Source of the DNA: Nitrospinia bacterium
Lineage (GTDB): Bacteria; Nitrospinota; Nitrospinia; Nitrospinales; JAJDAT01
Assembly: GCA_029261715.1 (NCBI GenBank)
Contig: JAJDAT010000037.1
Coordinates: forward strand, 64,141 to 128,140
Length of the DNA stretch: 64,000 bases
Direction: 5' to 3'
Of the stretch, positions 47,315-56,653 are shown piece by piece. The position numbers were made by a program, and so were the translations under genes. How positions within the stretch are numbered: the first letter of the stretch is position 1; each line of letters begins with the position of its first letter. The notes beneath the pieces are model-generated. The model did no database searches, was not told where the DNA came from, and worked only from the letters and a program-made list of their open reading frames with translations.

Positions 47315-47824
47315 ATGAGAACCGCACAATTGGCCCACCATTCTGTGAATGGAAACGGTGGGAGCAACCACATGAATTTAGAAACTAGTTTTAACTCCTT
47401 CTTTACAAAATTTGACCCATTCTTTGATAGCATTACTCAAAGTTTGTATACCCCCTTCCCATTTAAAACCGCCTCAGACAGCGAATTCTATTGCCCCCTG
47501 CATATTGACGTAGCTGACAAAACCGATTCCGTTCAAGTTACGGCGGAATGTCCAGGTATGGAGCAAAAGGATCTGGACGTTTCTTTAGCTGACAGTGTCT
47601 TGATCATCAAAGGCGAAAAAAAATCCTGTTGGAATCAAGAAACGAATAACTTCTATCGTTCAGAGCGGGTTTACGGGAAATTTGAACGCCAAATCCCCTT
47701 ACCTTTTGAGATAGAAGCTGAAAAAGTAGAAGCGTCGTATAAAAACGGAGTCCTAACCGTAACGCTTCCAAAATCGCAAGAAGCTAAAACTCAAATAAAA
47801 CAAATAGTCATCTCCTCGGAATAA
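47315..47824 (+). CDS. Small heat-shock protein (Hsp20/alpha-crystallin family)
   Basis: Strong SD aaaggagg 7 nt upstream. The alpha-crystallin core is DVADKTDSVQVTAECPGMEQKDLDVSLADSVLIIKGEKK...ERVYGKFERQIPLP...ASYKNGVLTVTLPK. Confidence 0.9.
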   Translation: MRTAQLAHHSVNGNGGSNHMNLETSFNSFFTKFDPFFDSITQSLYTPFPFKTASDSEFYCPLHIDVADKTDSVQVTAECPGMEQKDLDVSLADSVLIIKGEKKSCWNQETNNFYRSERVYGKFERQIPLPFEIEAEKVEASYKNGVLTVTLPKSQEAKTQIKQIVISSE

Positions 47825-47945
47825 CCCGGGTCGATAGATCGCTTGAGTTAAAACAGAACCCTTATAAGAGAGTTGTCTCTTCGTTGATTTTGAGGTGTTC
47901 AGTTCTTAACTCTCGTATAAAAAATTTTAGATAAAAGTAGTCCTG

Positions 47946-48030
47946 CCCGGTCTACTTTTGAAAATTTTATTAATAACCCCCTCCTTTAACTCTTCAAGGA
48001 GTTCACTTCAAAAGTAGATCGGGTTTCAAT
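47946..48030 (+). terminator. Long composite hairpin downstream of hsp20 (possible terminator or attenuator)
   Basis: CCCGGTCTACTTTTGA (47946-47961) pairs with TCAAAAGTAGATCGGG (48008-48023): 16 bp with one G-U. It encloses an inner hairpin CTCCTT/AAGGAG and is followed by TTTCAATTT. A competing hairpin forms at 47933-47959. Confidence 0.35.
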
Positions 48031-48073
48031 TTAAATTTGGAAATATTTTTTCAATTTTGGAAGGAAATTTAAA

Positions 48074-48280
48074 ATGTTCCATGAAGTGAAAATTCTAGAT
48101 CCCAATGGAAACTTGAAAAAGATTTTATCAGGTAAAGAACTCAGCAAGCAGTATTGGAATGAACTTTACGATGAGGAAAACGGAAATCGAGTTGCTATTG
48201 GGAAAGGGAAAAGGTTTCGAAAAAAAAATGCGAAGCAAATGAAGTTCTTGCTTAGCAACTATTTAGGAAATAACTCCTAA
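48074..48280 (+). CDS. Small basic hypothetical protein
   Basis: 68-aa ORF with a weak SD (aaggaa). No family recognised. Confidence 0.4.
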   Translation: MFHEVKILDPNGNLKKILSGKELSKQYWNELYDEENGNRVAIGKGKRFRKKNAKQMKFLLSNYLGNNS

Positions 48281-48331
48281 TCTGACGATGAGTCGGTAAT
48301 TTCTTCACTCAATTATGAAAGGAGTCTTATC

Positions 48332-48613
48332 ATGAAAAAACTATCTTTATGGTTAATCGCGATTTCCTTCTGTCTCTTGAGCGCAGGAACCGCTTTGGCC
48401 GAAGAACCTAAAACGGATGTATTAGATCGTAATGCAGTTTGGACCAATAAGTCCGGCATTGATGAAGCGACGTATTCCAACAACGGAAGTTCCAGACAAG
48501 TTTCCGTAAAAAAAATTGAACCCGGCCATATGAATGGAAAAGCTATGGAGTTTGATTTTATCCGTGAGACAAAGTCATACGACCATGCCAATGTCCTTAA
48601 GCTATCGACTTAA
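48332..48613 (+). CDS. Small secreted hypothetical protein
   Basis: SD aaaggag. Signal peptide MKKLSLWLIAISFCLLSAGTALA. Confidence 0.5.
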   Translation: MKKLSLWLIAISFCLLSAGTALAEEPKTDVLDRNAVWTNKSGIDEATYSNNGSSRQVSVKKIEPGHMNGKAMEFDFIRETKSYDHANVLKLST

Positions 48614-48747
48614 CTTATAGGCTTGAACTGCTTTTGAGTTTTTCTTAGCGGAAAAGGAAGTGGAGGTTAAGCCTTTAATTTATTTGGGAACCTTGCTGGC
48701 TGAAGTGGAATAGATAAAACCATTTTTTTAACAAAAGGAGATATGTC

Positions 48748-49110
48748 ATGAAAAAGTGGGTATTTGTTTTTTGCTTCATGTTGGTTTTCTCTTTGATATC
48801 TGGGATTGCAGGCGCAGGAGAAATATCTCAAACTAAAACTTCTGCAATTGAAGATACTTTAGAGCAACAAAAGCGTAACAATTTTTCTGAGCAAACCGAC
48901 TTTAGCAAGGTAGATTTTAAATCGGGCAACCCCGAATTGCCCTTCTTATTGCAAGTGAACCACAAAGCTTGTATGGATCAATGCAGTCAAGCTTACGATT
49001 CATGCATGAGTGGATCTGACAGTTCAAGCGCCAAGTTCCGTTGTGCAGATCAGCGAACGATGTGTACGCTCGGTTGTAATAATGAATGGTATCCAAAATA
49101 CCAGTTTTAG
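48748..49110 (+). CDS. Small secreted Cys-rich hypothetical protein
   Basis: SD aaaggag and a signal peptide. Six Cys in the last 50 aa (CMDQCSQAYDSCM...FRCADQRTMCTLGC). Confidence 0.5.
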   Translation: MKKWVFVFCFMLVFSLISGIAGAGEISQTKTSAIEDTLEQQKRNNFSEQTDFSKVDFKSGNPELPFLLQVNHKACMDQCSQAYDSCMSGSDSSSAKFRCADQRTMCTLGCNNEWYPKYQF

Positions 49111-49233
49111 AAATTAATTTTGTACGTACATTTGTTAATCTTGGCCACAAGGATGGCAAGGTTCCCAGTTTTATTTTTGTTTAAATCTAAACCAAGGTCA
49201 AATTAATTTAAACGCAAACAAGGAGGAATTAAA

Positions 49234-49800
49234 ATGTTCACAAAACTTTTGAACCGCTTTAAATTTCTTCATTTTGAATTAGCCGGTGATTTTCAAAAGT
49301 TGGAAAAAGAATTTAAATCTGAATGGGATCAAAAATTATCAACGGCATCAGACGACATAGAACATCGCTATAAACTCTGGACCTCAAGAGTCAGCCATTG
49401 GATCAATCAGTCCAATATACTTTTCGCGTTAACCGCTCCCTTTATTTATGCATTGTGGATTCCCGCATTAATTATGGATGCGTTTATAACCGTTTATCAA
49501 AAGATATGTTTTCCCGTTTATGGAATCCCACTTGTGGAGCGCAACGATCATATTGCAATAGATCGACACCGATTGCCTTACCTGAAAAAACTGGAAAAAT
49601 TCAATTGTCTGTTTTGTGGTTATTTTAACGGAGTTGTTTCTTATGTGGGAGAAATCGCGGCTCGTACGGAACAATACTGGTGTCCCATCAAACACGCTCG
49701 AAAATTAAATTCTACCCACGGGCATTATGAGAAATTCTTCGATTATGGAGACGGAAAAAGTTATAGACAGGGTCTTAATAAATTACGGAAAAAGTATTAA
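49234..49800 (+). CDS. Membrane protein with conserved Cys motif (CLFCGYFNG...YWCPIKHA), unknown function
   Basis: SD aaggagg. One or two TM helices (ILFALTAPFIYALWIPALIMDAFITVY). No family recognised. Confidence 0.55.
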   Translation: MFTKLLNRFKFLHFELAGDFQKLEKEFKSEWDQKLSTASDDIEHRYKLWTSRVSHWINQSNILFALTAPFIYALWIPALIMDAFITVYQKICFPVYGIPLVERNDHIAIDRHRLPYLKKLEKFNCLFCGYFNGVVSYVGEIAARTEQYWCPIKHARKLNSTHGHYEKFFDYGDGKSYRQGLNKLRKKY

Positions 49801-49887
49801 AAATTTTCGATAAAAAAACCTATGAGCAAGCCTTATTGAATTTAATAACTCTCAACCTCTATTTTTACTCTTAGATCGCTCTAAAAC

Positions 49888-50814
49888 TTATCCCCTGGTT
49901 GGCCGTTGAGAGTCCCAAACCGTTCTTGTGGATAATCGATAAGCTTCTCTTTTATTGTCTCGAACCTCAAGCAAACGACGAATTCGTTCTTTCGTTGGGG
50001 GATGAGTTCGCATTAAAACTGGTTCTGTAATCTTATACCCACGAAACAGCAATTGCTTCAAAGCGCTATTTTGATGGTTATGAATTTTACCTAAAGCTAA
50101 AGCCAACCCCTCAGGATCTCCCGTCAATTCTGCAGATCCCAAATCGGCATCGTATTCGCGAGTCCGAGACAAAGTCAAATACAAAAAATCTCCAATATGT
50201 GGCGCAAGAATAAGCAATAAGATAACCCACCAATTAATTTGGTAATTCATGAAGAAAATTAATGGTAGGTTCAATAACAAAAGAACTTGCCCCATCATGG
50301 ACAAAACCCCAGTGATTCGACTGGATATATCCGCAAAAGCCAGAACTTTTAAATCTCCATGTTTTAGATGACTCATCTCATGAGCCAGCACTCCGGCTAT
50401 TTCATCGAGATTTAGATTTCGAAGTAACCCATCAGAAAGCGCAATGGCTCCATTCTCTACAGAACCCACCGCAAAAGCGTTCAATTGATCGGAAGGTAAA
50501 TAATAAAGTGTTGGAAGATTTTTAAATTCTCCCTTGCGAGCTAATGCGTGAACCAGCCCATGTATTTTTGGAGTCTCATAAGATTTTAATTCTCGACAAC
50601 GGTTCATCCGCAAAAGAAGATGAGGAGAAATTTTAGGAAGAAAAAAGTAGGAAGCAATCATCAATCCCAAAACAAAAATAGCCATCACTTCACCGGCTAT
50701 TATCCATCCTAGAATACCCAAAAGAACAGACAACGCTGTCACTAAGAAAAACGTTTGGAATTCAATCCAAAATTTATGTTTAAGCCATTGTTTTTCATTC
50801 ATCAGCTTCTTCAC
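49888..50814 (-). CDS. htpX: M48-family zinc metalloprotease (HtpX-like)
   Basis: HEMSHLKHGD (HExxH), a downstream EYDAD, and four TM helices arranged as in HtpX. Confidence 0.8.
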   Translation of the reverse strand: MKKLMNEKQWLKHKFWIEFQTFFLVTALSVLLGILGWIIAGEVMAIFVLGLMIASYFFLPKISPHLLLRMNRCRELKSYETPKIHGLVHALARKGEFKNLPTLYYLPSDQLNAFAVGSVENGAIALSDGLLRNLNLDEIAGVLAHEMSHLKHGDLKVLAFADISSRITGVLSMMGQVLLLLNLPLIFFMNYQINWWVILLLILAPHIGDFLYLTLSRTREYDADLGSAELTGDPEGLALALGKIHNHQNSALKQLLFRGYKITEPVLMRTHPPTKERIRRLLEVRDNKREAYRLSTRTVWDSQRPTRG

Positions 50815-51049
50815 TCTAAATAATTATTAATTACTCCTCCTAATAAATTAATAAAACGAAGAGAACGAAAGTCAAGCAACGCTAAAATAATTCCGCCAAA
50901 TAGCATAAGACCTACGATTAAAACAAATTTAATTAAGAAAAATTAATTCCGCATTAATTGAATTTTAACGATTCAAATCTTATTTTTATAGAAACACCTT
51001 TTAAAAAAGTTGCGTTTATTTAATTCCTTTAACTTGATTATGGAGGCTA

Positions 51050-52555
51050 GTGATGAATCGTAAGCTAATTAAAATTTCAGTTTCATTTGCGATGATTTTT
51101 ATGTTTTCTTTTCTCGTTTTTCAGGGAAAAGAAAACCGAGGACCATTAGGCTTTAGCAAAGCCTACGCATCGAATTCAAATCCAACTATGATCGGGAAAA
51201 ATTCGATTGTAGAAATCGCAAAAAAGCAAAACCCCGCCGTAGCAAGCATCACGGTTAAGTCTAAAACGGAAAGAGTCCGCAAAAATTTTGGTTCCAATCA
51301 TAGGTCCCCCAACCCCTTCGGTCAATTTCAAGACCCCTTTGGAAACTTTCCAGATCGTTTCCGTGATTTTTTTGGACAAATGCCTAAGGGAAGTCCAGCT
51401 CCTAGAGGCGGCTCAGGTTCCGGATTCGTTATTGACGCCGAAGGTCATATTTTCACAAATCACCATGTGATCGCCAATGCGGGCGAAATCAAGGTTACCT
51501 TGGATGACACTAAAGAATATGACGCGATTCTTATCGGCTCAGATCCTAAAACTGACATTGCCCTTATCAAAATAGTTCAAAAAGATGGCGAGAACGAAAC
51601 CTTCCCTTACCTTAATTTTGGCGATTCGGACAAATTACAGGTAGGAGAATGGGTAGTCGCAATTGGAAATCCTTTTGGACTTTCCCATACTGTCACCACC
51701 GGAGTTGTCAGCGCCAAAGGCCGCAATATAGGAGCCGGCCCTTATGATGAATTCATCCAAACCGACGCATCCATCAATCCAGGTAATAGCGGCGGCCCCC
51801 TTCTTAATTTGAACGGCGAAGTTATAGGCGTTAATACAGCTATCATCTCAGGTGGCAGCGGCGGCAATGTAGGAATAGGTTTTGCCACCCCCATCAACGT
51901 CGCCAAGAAGATTCTTCCTGAATTAAAAGAACACGGTTCCGTCACTCGCGGTTGGTTGGGGGTTATGATCCAAAAGATCACTCCTGAACTAGCGAAATCT
52001 TTTGATCTGGAAGAAGCAAAAGGCGCCCTCGTCGGAAATGTCACTCCAAACAGTCCAGCGTCTAAGGGAGGAATTCAACGTGGCGACGTTATTGTTAAAT
52101 TTGACGATAACGAAATCGGTTCTGTAGACGTATTACCCAAAATCGTTGCCGAAACAAAACCCGGAGAATCTGTTCGAGTAGAGCTAATACGCGATGGTAA
52201 GCGCAAAAACCTGGAAGTCTCTATAGCCGCTCTCGAAGATAATACACCTCGTGTAAAACGGACGTCATTTGGCGATGACTTGGGAATACAAGCTCAGGAT
52301 ATAACGCCAGAACTGGCGCAAAGTTTTGGATTGGAAAGCTCTGAAGGCGTTCTTGTTTCAGGTGTTACGTCAGGCGAACCTGCTAGCAATGCCGGACTAA
52401 AAAGAGGAGATGTTATCGTCGAGGTCAATCGACAACCAGTGCGTAACGTCACGGAATATCAAAAAAATATTTCTAAGACTCAAAATGGTTCTACCGTTCT
52501 ACTCTTGGTAAAAAGAGACGGTAGCGCAATTTATGTAGCCGTCAAAATGGGGTAA
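51050..52555 (+). CDS. degP: Periplasmic serine endoprotease DegP/HtrA (Do family) with two PDZ domains; start more likely the ATG at 51053
   Basis: Catalytic triad context TNHHV, DIALIK and GNSGGPLLN. Two PDZ units (LGV...GGIQRGDVIV; LGI...AGLKRGDVIV). Confidence 0.95.
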   Translation: MMNRKLIKISVSFAMIFMFSFLVFQGKENRGPLGFSKAYASNSNPTMIGKNSIVEIAKKQNPAVASITVKSKTERVRKNFGSNHRSPNPFGQFQDPFGNFPDRFRDFFGQMPKGSPAPRGGSGSGFVIDAEGHIFTNHHVIANAGEIKVTLDDTKEYDAILIGSDPKTDIALIKIVQKDGENETFPYLNFGDSDKLQVGEWVVAIGNPFGLSHTVTTGVVSAKGRNIGAGPYDEFIQTDASINPGNSGGPLLNLNGEVIGVNTAIISGGSGGNVGIGFATPINVAKKILPELKEHGSVTRGWLGVMIQKITPELAKSFDLEEAKGALVGNVTPNSPASKGGIQRGDVIVKFDDNEIGSVDVLPKIVAETKPGESVRVELIRDGKRKNLEVSIAALEDNTPRVKRTSFGDDLGIQAQDITPELAQSFGLESSEGVLVSGVTSGEPASNAGLKRGDVIVEVNRQPVRNVTEYQKNISKTQNGSTVLLLVKRDGSAIYVAVKMG

Positions 52556-52596
52556 GCGTTTTCTATTTTCAAGGTTGAATAAAACGTGTTTAATTG

Positions 52597-52645
52597 TTTT
52601 GGGGAACCCGCTAATTTGAGGGGTTCTCCAAAACGAACATTTTTT
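52597..52645 (+). terminator. Hairpin terminator after degP
   Basis: 13-bp stem TTTTGGGGAACCC / GGGTTCTCCAAAA (one G-U) with a 10-11 nt loop. The T-run TTTTTT lies 6 nt downstream. Confidence 0.45.
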
Positions 52646-53231
52646 CATCTCCAACCAACACGTTTTGCCCAGGCGAGTTCCTTGCGCTTGTGTTCATGGT
52701 AATCTGAAGGCGGTCCCCCTCCCATTCCTTCAATTTCTTTACGATGCAAATCTTTTGCTTCTTCGATAGATGGAAGACCCAATTTTTGTCTTCTTTCATT
52801 CGCTAGCCTAAAGTCGTCGACGTTTGTAACCAGCTCGCCTTTTTCGTTCCAGCCAAACAACATTCCATACTTTTGCGGTTGTCCTTGATTGGAGAGAATT
52901 CTATCTTCAAGGCACGCCGCGTGAACGGGTAGGGCTTCGCCATCCACAACGGCAGATTTTAAATGCACGAGAAACTTTTTCTGTAGATCGGGTTTGCCTA
53001 TGGAGTGTTGCGCAAGAATAGCCGCCGCGTCTGCGCCATCTTCGTTGGCCAATGATTTTCCAGGCCATCCGTGTTTGGTTATGACGTTGTTTAATTTCTC
53101 GGCGTGATATGTAAGCTTTCCATCTCCTCGTCGTAACCGCCGTACAACGAACCATCCTTGAGGATTGCCTCCCTTAATTCAAAATCTTCATTTTTTAAAG
53201 AAATTAATAGCTCTCTTACGTCATGATTCAT
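52645..53231 (-). pseudogene. Conserved helical hypothetical protein (I recall a similar family as DUF6624), split by a frameshift near 53090-53100
   Basis: Frame A from the ATG at 53231 gives MNHDVRELLISLKNEDFELREAILKDGSLYGGYDEEMESLHITPRN*. Frame B continues ...TYHAEKLNNVITKHGWPGKSLANEDGADAAAILAQHS...QPQKYGMLF... to 52645. Together they read as one protein. Confidence 0.5.
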
Positions 53232-53321
53232 CGCTGGGCTCCCACACAAAATTATTGAAAATCAATAAAAAATGATTGATTATCAATCATTTTATTGTTA
53301 GACTCTATTGAGATATAAAAA

Positions 53322-53876
53322 ATGGAGGGCATTCTCATGGAAAATGAAAATAGGAAGCGAATACAACAAGTAAGTGGAAAGTTTGGATTTTTTTTTAGCG
53401 CTTTAATAATTTGTATTCCCGTTTTTACTTTATTGTATTGGCTATTTTTTAATTCTTTACCCAAGGGTTTCACAACCGAGCTACCCGTCTTAACCAACCA
53501 AACGCTTTCTCTATCAACTCGCGCCCTAGCGTTTCTAGTCAGTTTAATTCCAGCAAGTGTTGCCATTTATGGGCTTCTAACTTTAAAAGAATTGTTCAAA
53601 TTGTATCAGAAGGGGATTGTGTTCTCCGCTGAAAATGTTAAGTGTTTCCGATGTCTAGGCTACACCTTAATCTCTTGGGTTGGCGCGAACATGATTTTTA
53701 TCCTATTAATTAGCGTTGTCTTAACGTTTAACAACCCAGTAGGAGAGCGGCAGATCGTCGCACAGTTTGGATTTTCAGATTTAGCGACATTAATCACTGG
53801 TGCGGTTGTGATTTTGGTTTCGTGGGTAATGATTGAAGCGTCGAAACTAGAAGACGAACAAGCGTATACGATATAA
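53322..53876 (+). CDS. DUF2975-like multi-pass membrane protein
   Basis: Four TM helices. It sits directly upstream of a small XRE HTH gene, which is the usual DUF2975/YozG pairing as I recall it. Confidence 0.65.
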   Translation: MEGILMENENRKRIQQVSGKFGFFFSALIICIPVFTLLYWLFFNSLPKGFTTELPVLTNQTLSLSTRALAFLVSLIPASVAIYGLLTLKELFKLYQKGIVFSAENVKCFRCLGYTLISWVGANMIFILLISVVLTFNNPVGERQIVAQFGFSDLATLITGAVVILVSWVMIEASKLEDEQAYTI

Positions 53877-53883
53877 ATAAAAA

Positions 53884-54084
53884 ATGGCCATTGTAATCAA
53901 TCTAGATATGATGCTTGTGAAGCGCAAGATAAAATCAAATGAGCTTGCTCAACGCGTTGGCATCACGGAACAAAATCTTTCTATCTTAAAAACGGGCAAG
54001 GCAAAAGCGATTCGCTTCACAACATTGGACGCTATTTGTAAAGAGCTAGATTGTCAGCCCGGCGATATATTGGAATATCAATGA
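53884..54084 (+). CDS. Small XRE/Cro-type helix-turn-helix transcriptional regulator (YozG-like)
   Basis: LDMMLVKRKIKSNELAQRVGITEQNLSILKTGKAKAIRFTTLDAICKELDCQPGDILEY. Confidence 0.85.
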   Translation: MAIVINLDMMLVKRKIKSNELAQRVGITEQNLSILKTGKAKAIRFTTLDAICKELDCQPGDILEYQ

Positions 54085-54157
54085 CTGGTTAGAGCTAAAT
54101 AAACTCTCTGTTTTCTATAAAAATTAGGCGCAGAGTTGGCCCGTGGATAAGTCCAGC

Positions 54158-54742
54158 TTATCCCAAAGAAAGTTTGATTTTCTTTAGAGATGTCGCTTCA
54201 AACTCATGTTCGCGGCAGATTTTTTGCGTGTCGGGTCGAGTCAGGTATTCCTCCGTGAGGCGACAGAGAAACTTTCCATTCTCTAGCTGTTCGTTATATT
54301 TACAGGTTATACAGAGACCAAATGTCCGCATCTTATTTTTCGTTTGCCAGCTTAATAAAACGGCTCGAAAACTTTGTTCAATTTGATCGCCCATGTCTGG
54401 TAGATCGGGAATCTCTTTCTGAACTTTGCTCAAGGCATCCAACCCCTTTTTAGTTAAAGAAAGCCTAGAATAGCGTTTGTCGTTAGCGCAAGGCTCCCGA
54501 AGAATCAGTTCCTTCTCCTCAAGTAGCTTTAGGCTTTGCGAGATACTGCCTTTAGTCACTCCAAGAAATTCAGATAGAGCCTGCCCAGTATTCGAATACT
54601 TATTGGATTTCTCCAAATACTCTAAAATCTCAACGTGAATAGCTTGTAAACCAACTTTAGTTGCAGCCTGCCGTAATAAGCTTAGACGTAGCGAAGAAAG
54701 TCTCTCCAGCCAAATATGCGCACGATTTTTCATACCCCACAT
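54158..54742 (-). CDS. MarR-family transcriptional regulator with a Cys-rich C-terminal extension
   Basis: The winged-helix core is ALSEFLGVTKGSISQSLKLLEEKELILREPCANDKRYSRLSLTKKG. The C-terminus carries CITCKY...CRL...CREHE. Confidence 0.8.
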   Translation of the reverse strand: MWGMKNRAHIWLERLSSLRLSLLRQAATKVGLQAIHVEILEYLEKSNKYSNTGQALSEFLGVTKGSISQSLKLLEEKELILREPCANDKRYSRLSLTKKGLDALSKVQKEIPDLPDMGDQIEQSFRAVLLSWQTKNKMRTFGLCITCKYNEQLENGKFLCRLTEEYLTRPDTQKICREHEFEATSLKKIKLSLG

Positions 54743-54762
54743 AGTATCGATTCTAAATTATA

Positions 54763-54790
54763 TTGACAAGTGAAATAAGCCTGATAATAT
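54763..54790 (+). promoter_or_regulatory. Candidate sigma70 promoter TTGACA-16 nt-TAATAT for the 54851 operon
   Basis: Read directly. The -10 lies inside the left arm of the palindrome at 54784-54816. Confidence 0.4.
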
Positions 54791-54816
54791 TAGTTTAGAT
54801 CCTAAACTAATATTAT
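54784..54816. promoter_or_regulatory. Perfect 15-bp inverted repeat (ATAATATTAGTTTAG-atc-CTAAACTAATATTAT), candidate MarR operator
   Basis: Read directly. It lies in the 108-bp divergent intergenic region between marR (54742) and the 54851 gene. Confidence 0.5.
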
Positions 54817-54850
54817 TTTGACTTTAATTTAGAGAGTAAAGGAGCCGGTT

Positions 54851-55186
54851 ATGACCTCAAGTTTGAGAGCTAAGATTTTCTTTTTGTTAATTATTTTTTT
54901 TCTTCCAAGCGCATTCGTTTTTGCCAATGAAGAGGGATCTACCTTAAAGATTATTTCTCCAAAAAATGGAGAGATTACTGGAACAAGTATTGAAATTAAA
55001 TACGAACTCCAAAAAGGAACCCAAGGGGATCATGTTCACGCTTACGTAGATGGGAAGTATCAAAAAGGTTTTAAAGGAAAGGTAACCGGCCTTGAATACG
55101 GTAAACGAGCAATCGTGCTCAAAGTTGCCAACTCTGACCACGATGTATTAGCTACTTCTGCAATGGTTGAAGTCGAAGTGAAGTAA
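54851..55186 (+). CDS. Secreted DUF4399-like protein
   Basis: Signal peptide. LKIISPKNGEI...GDHVHAYVDG resembles the DUF4399 pattern (SP.dG...GHHHLLvD) that I recall. Confidence 0.5.
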   Translation: MTSSLRAKIFFLLIIFFLPSAFVFANEEGSTLKIISPKNGEITGTSIEIKYELQKGTQGDHVHAYVDGKYQKGFKGKVTGLEYGKRAIVLKVANSDHDVLATSAMVEVEVK

Positions 55187-55248
55187 GAAGTTTGTAGCGC
55201 CCTAAAATTAAACAAGATTTTTAACTCACTAACAAAGAAAGGTAAATC

Positions 55249-55482
55249 ATGAACAAAGCAATTTTTTATCACGCAGGATGCCCAGTATGCGTTGAGGCAG
55301 AGCAACAATTTGTTACCGCATTAAATCCATCAAATTATCAAGTAGAAGAAGTTCATTTAGGAAATGATAAAGGGAGGATCAGCGAAGCAGAAGCTTCAGG
55401 CGTTAAATCAGTTCCTGCCTTGGTTATCGAAGGAGCTCCTTTTCATATTAATTTTGGAGCGTCTATAAACGATTTGAAATAA
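55249..55482 (+). CDS. Small thioredoxin-fold protein with CPVC motif
   Basis: 77 aa with FYHAGCPVCVEAEQ near the N-terminus and VPALVIEG (cis-Pro loop context). Confidence 0.6.
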   Translation: MNKAIFYHAGCPVCVEAEQQFVTALNPSNYQVEEVHLGNDKGRISEAEASGVKSVPALVIEGAPFHINFGASINDLK

Positions 55483-55573
55483 AATAGACATCTAAAGCAT
55501 CAACGAGGCAAAGCCTTGGCGAAAAATCATCAAGGCTTTGCTTTTTTAAACAAATAATACTTATAAGAGAATA

Positions 55574-56266
55574 ATGGACGTCATCTATCCAAAAATAAAT
55601 TCCATAAACATTGCGTTACCTTCTGAAGTTAAGTTTTCTCACGGACAAACGCTGTATTCTGGGATTTCAAAATTACCGGCGAGAGGAAAAATTCATTTAA
55701 ACACTTTGGGATTTGAAGGCGACGGCGTTGCAGACAGCAAAAACCACGGCGGCCCCGACAAAGCAGTTTGCGCTTATTCCTTAGACCATTTTCCTTTTTG
55801 GGAAAAAGAAATTGATAAAGAACTGTATCCAGGCGCTTTTGGAGAAAACCTAAGCATAACGGGTTTACTTGAAACCGCTATACATATTGGAGATCAATTT
55901 CAAATCGGGGATGCTGTTATCGAGTGCAGCCAACCTCGCCAACCGTGTCACAAGCTCAATAAAAAATTTAATTCGCCAGACATGGTTCATCGCGTTCAAA
56001 ATTCTGGATTTACGGGATATTACTTTAGAGTTATTCAGCCAGGCTGGATTCAACCGGAAATGAACGTAGTTCTGACTAAAGAAGGCTCTGGAAAGGTTTC
56101 TATTGATTCCGCAAACAACCTGATGCATCACGACAAACTAAACTATGAAAAGATGAAACTAATTATCGAAAAAACGGTTTTGTCTGAACGGTGGAAACAA
56201 ACTTTTAAAACTCGCCTTGAGAAAAAAAAAACAGAAAATATCAAACCCCGGTTATTAGGGAAATAA
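55574..56266 (+). CDS. MOSC-domain protein (YiiM-like)
   Basis: GFEGDGVADSKNHGGPDKAV, GENLSITG and ECSQPRQPCHKLN, followed by a C-terminal helical domain. Confidence 0.85.
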   Translation: MDVIYPKINSINIALPSEVKFSHGQTLYSGISKLPARGKIHLNTLGFEGDGVADSKNHGGPDKAVCAYSLDHFPFWEKEIDKELYPGAFGENLSITGLLETAIHIGDQFQIGDAVIECSQPRQPCHKLNKKFNSPDMVHRVQNSGFTGYYFRVIQPGWIQPEMNVVLTKEGSGKVSIDSANNLMHHDKLNYEKMKLIIEKTVLSERWKQTFKTRLEKKKTENIKPRLLGK

Positions 56267-56653
56267 CGAAACTAGATTTGATGAAACCTGTCAGCTAAAT
56301 AATGCTGATGCAGCTAATAAATCGAAACAAGTGAATATCGATTTTAGAGAGCTTGTTGTTTCTCTGATTATTGAAGTGGAGGTTTTGAAAGAGTACCTCG
56401 TAAAAAATAGACTGATTATATCAAAAATGTGGATTTAATGAGGGAGAAGAAAGATATTACTTTTGCTCCTAAGCCGAGTTGAAAACTAATATAGAGATAT
56501 ACTAGGTTCGCTACCCAAAAATTAAAGGTCTAGAGAGTTTTCTTTAAGCCTTTTTTTAATGTAGTCTTATCTAAAGTTCAGATTTCTTTGTATCTTCCCA
56601 CTCCATTTGCTAGTCTTCTTCTTTACATTTAAAACCTTTTTAATCAAAGTTTA

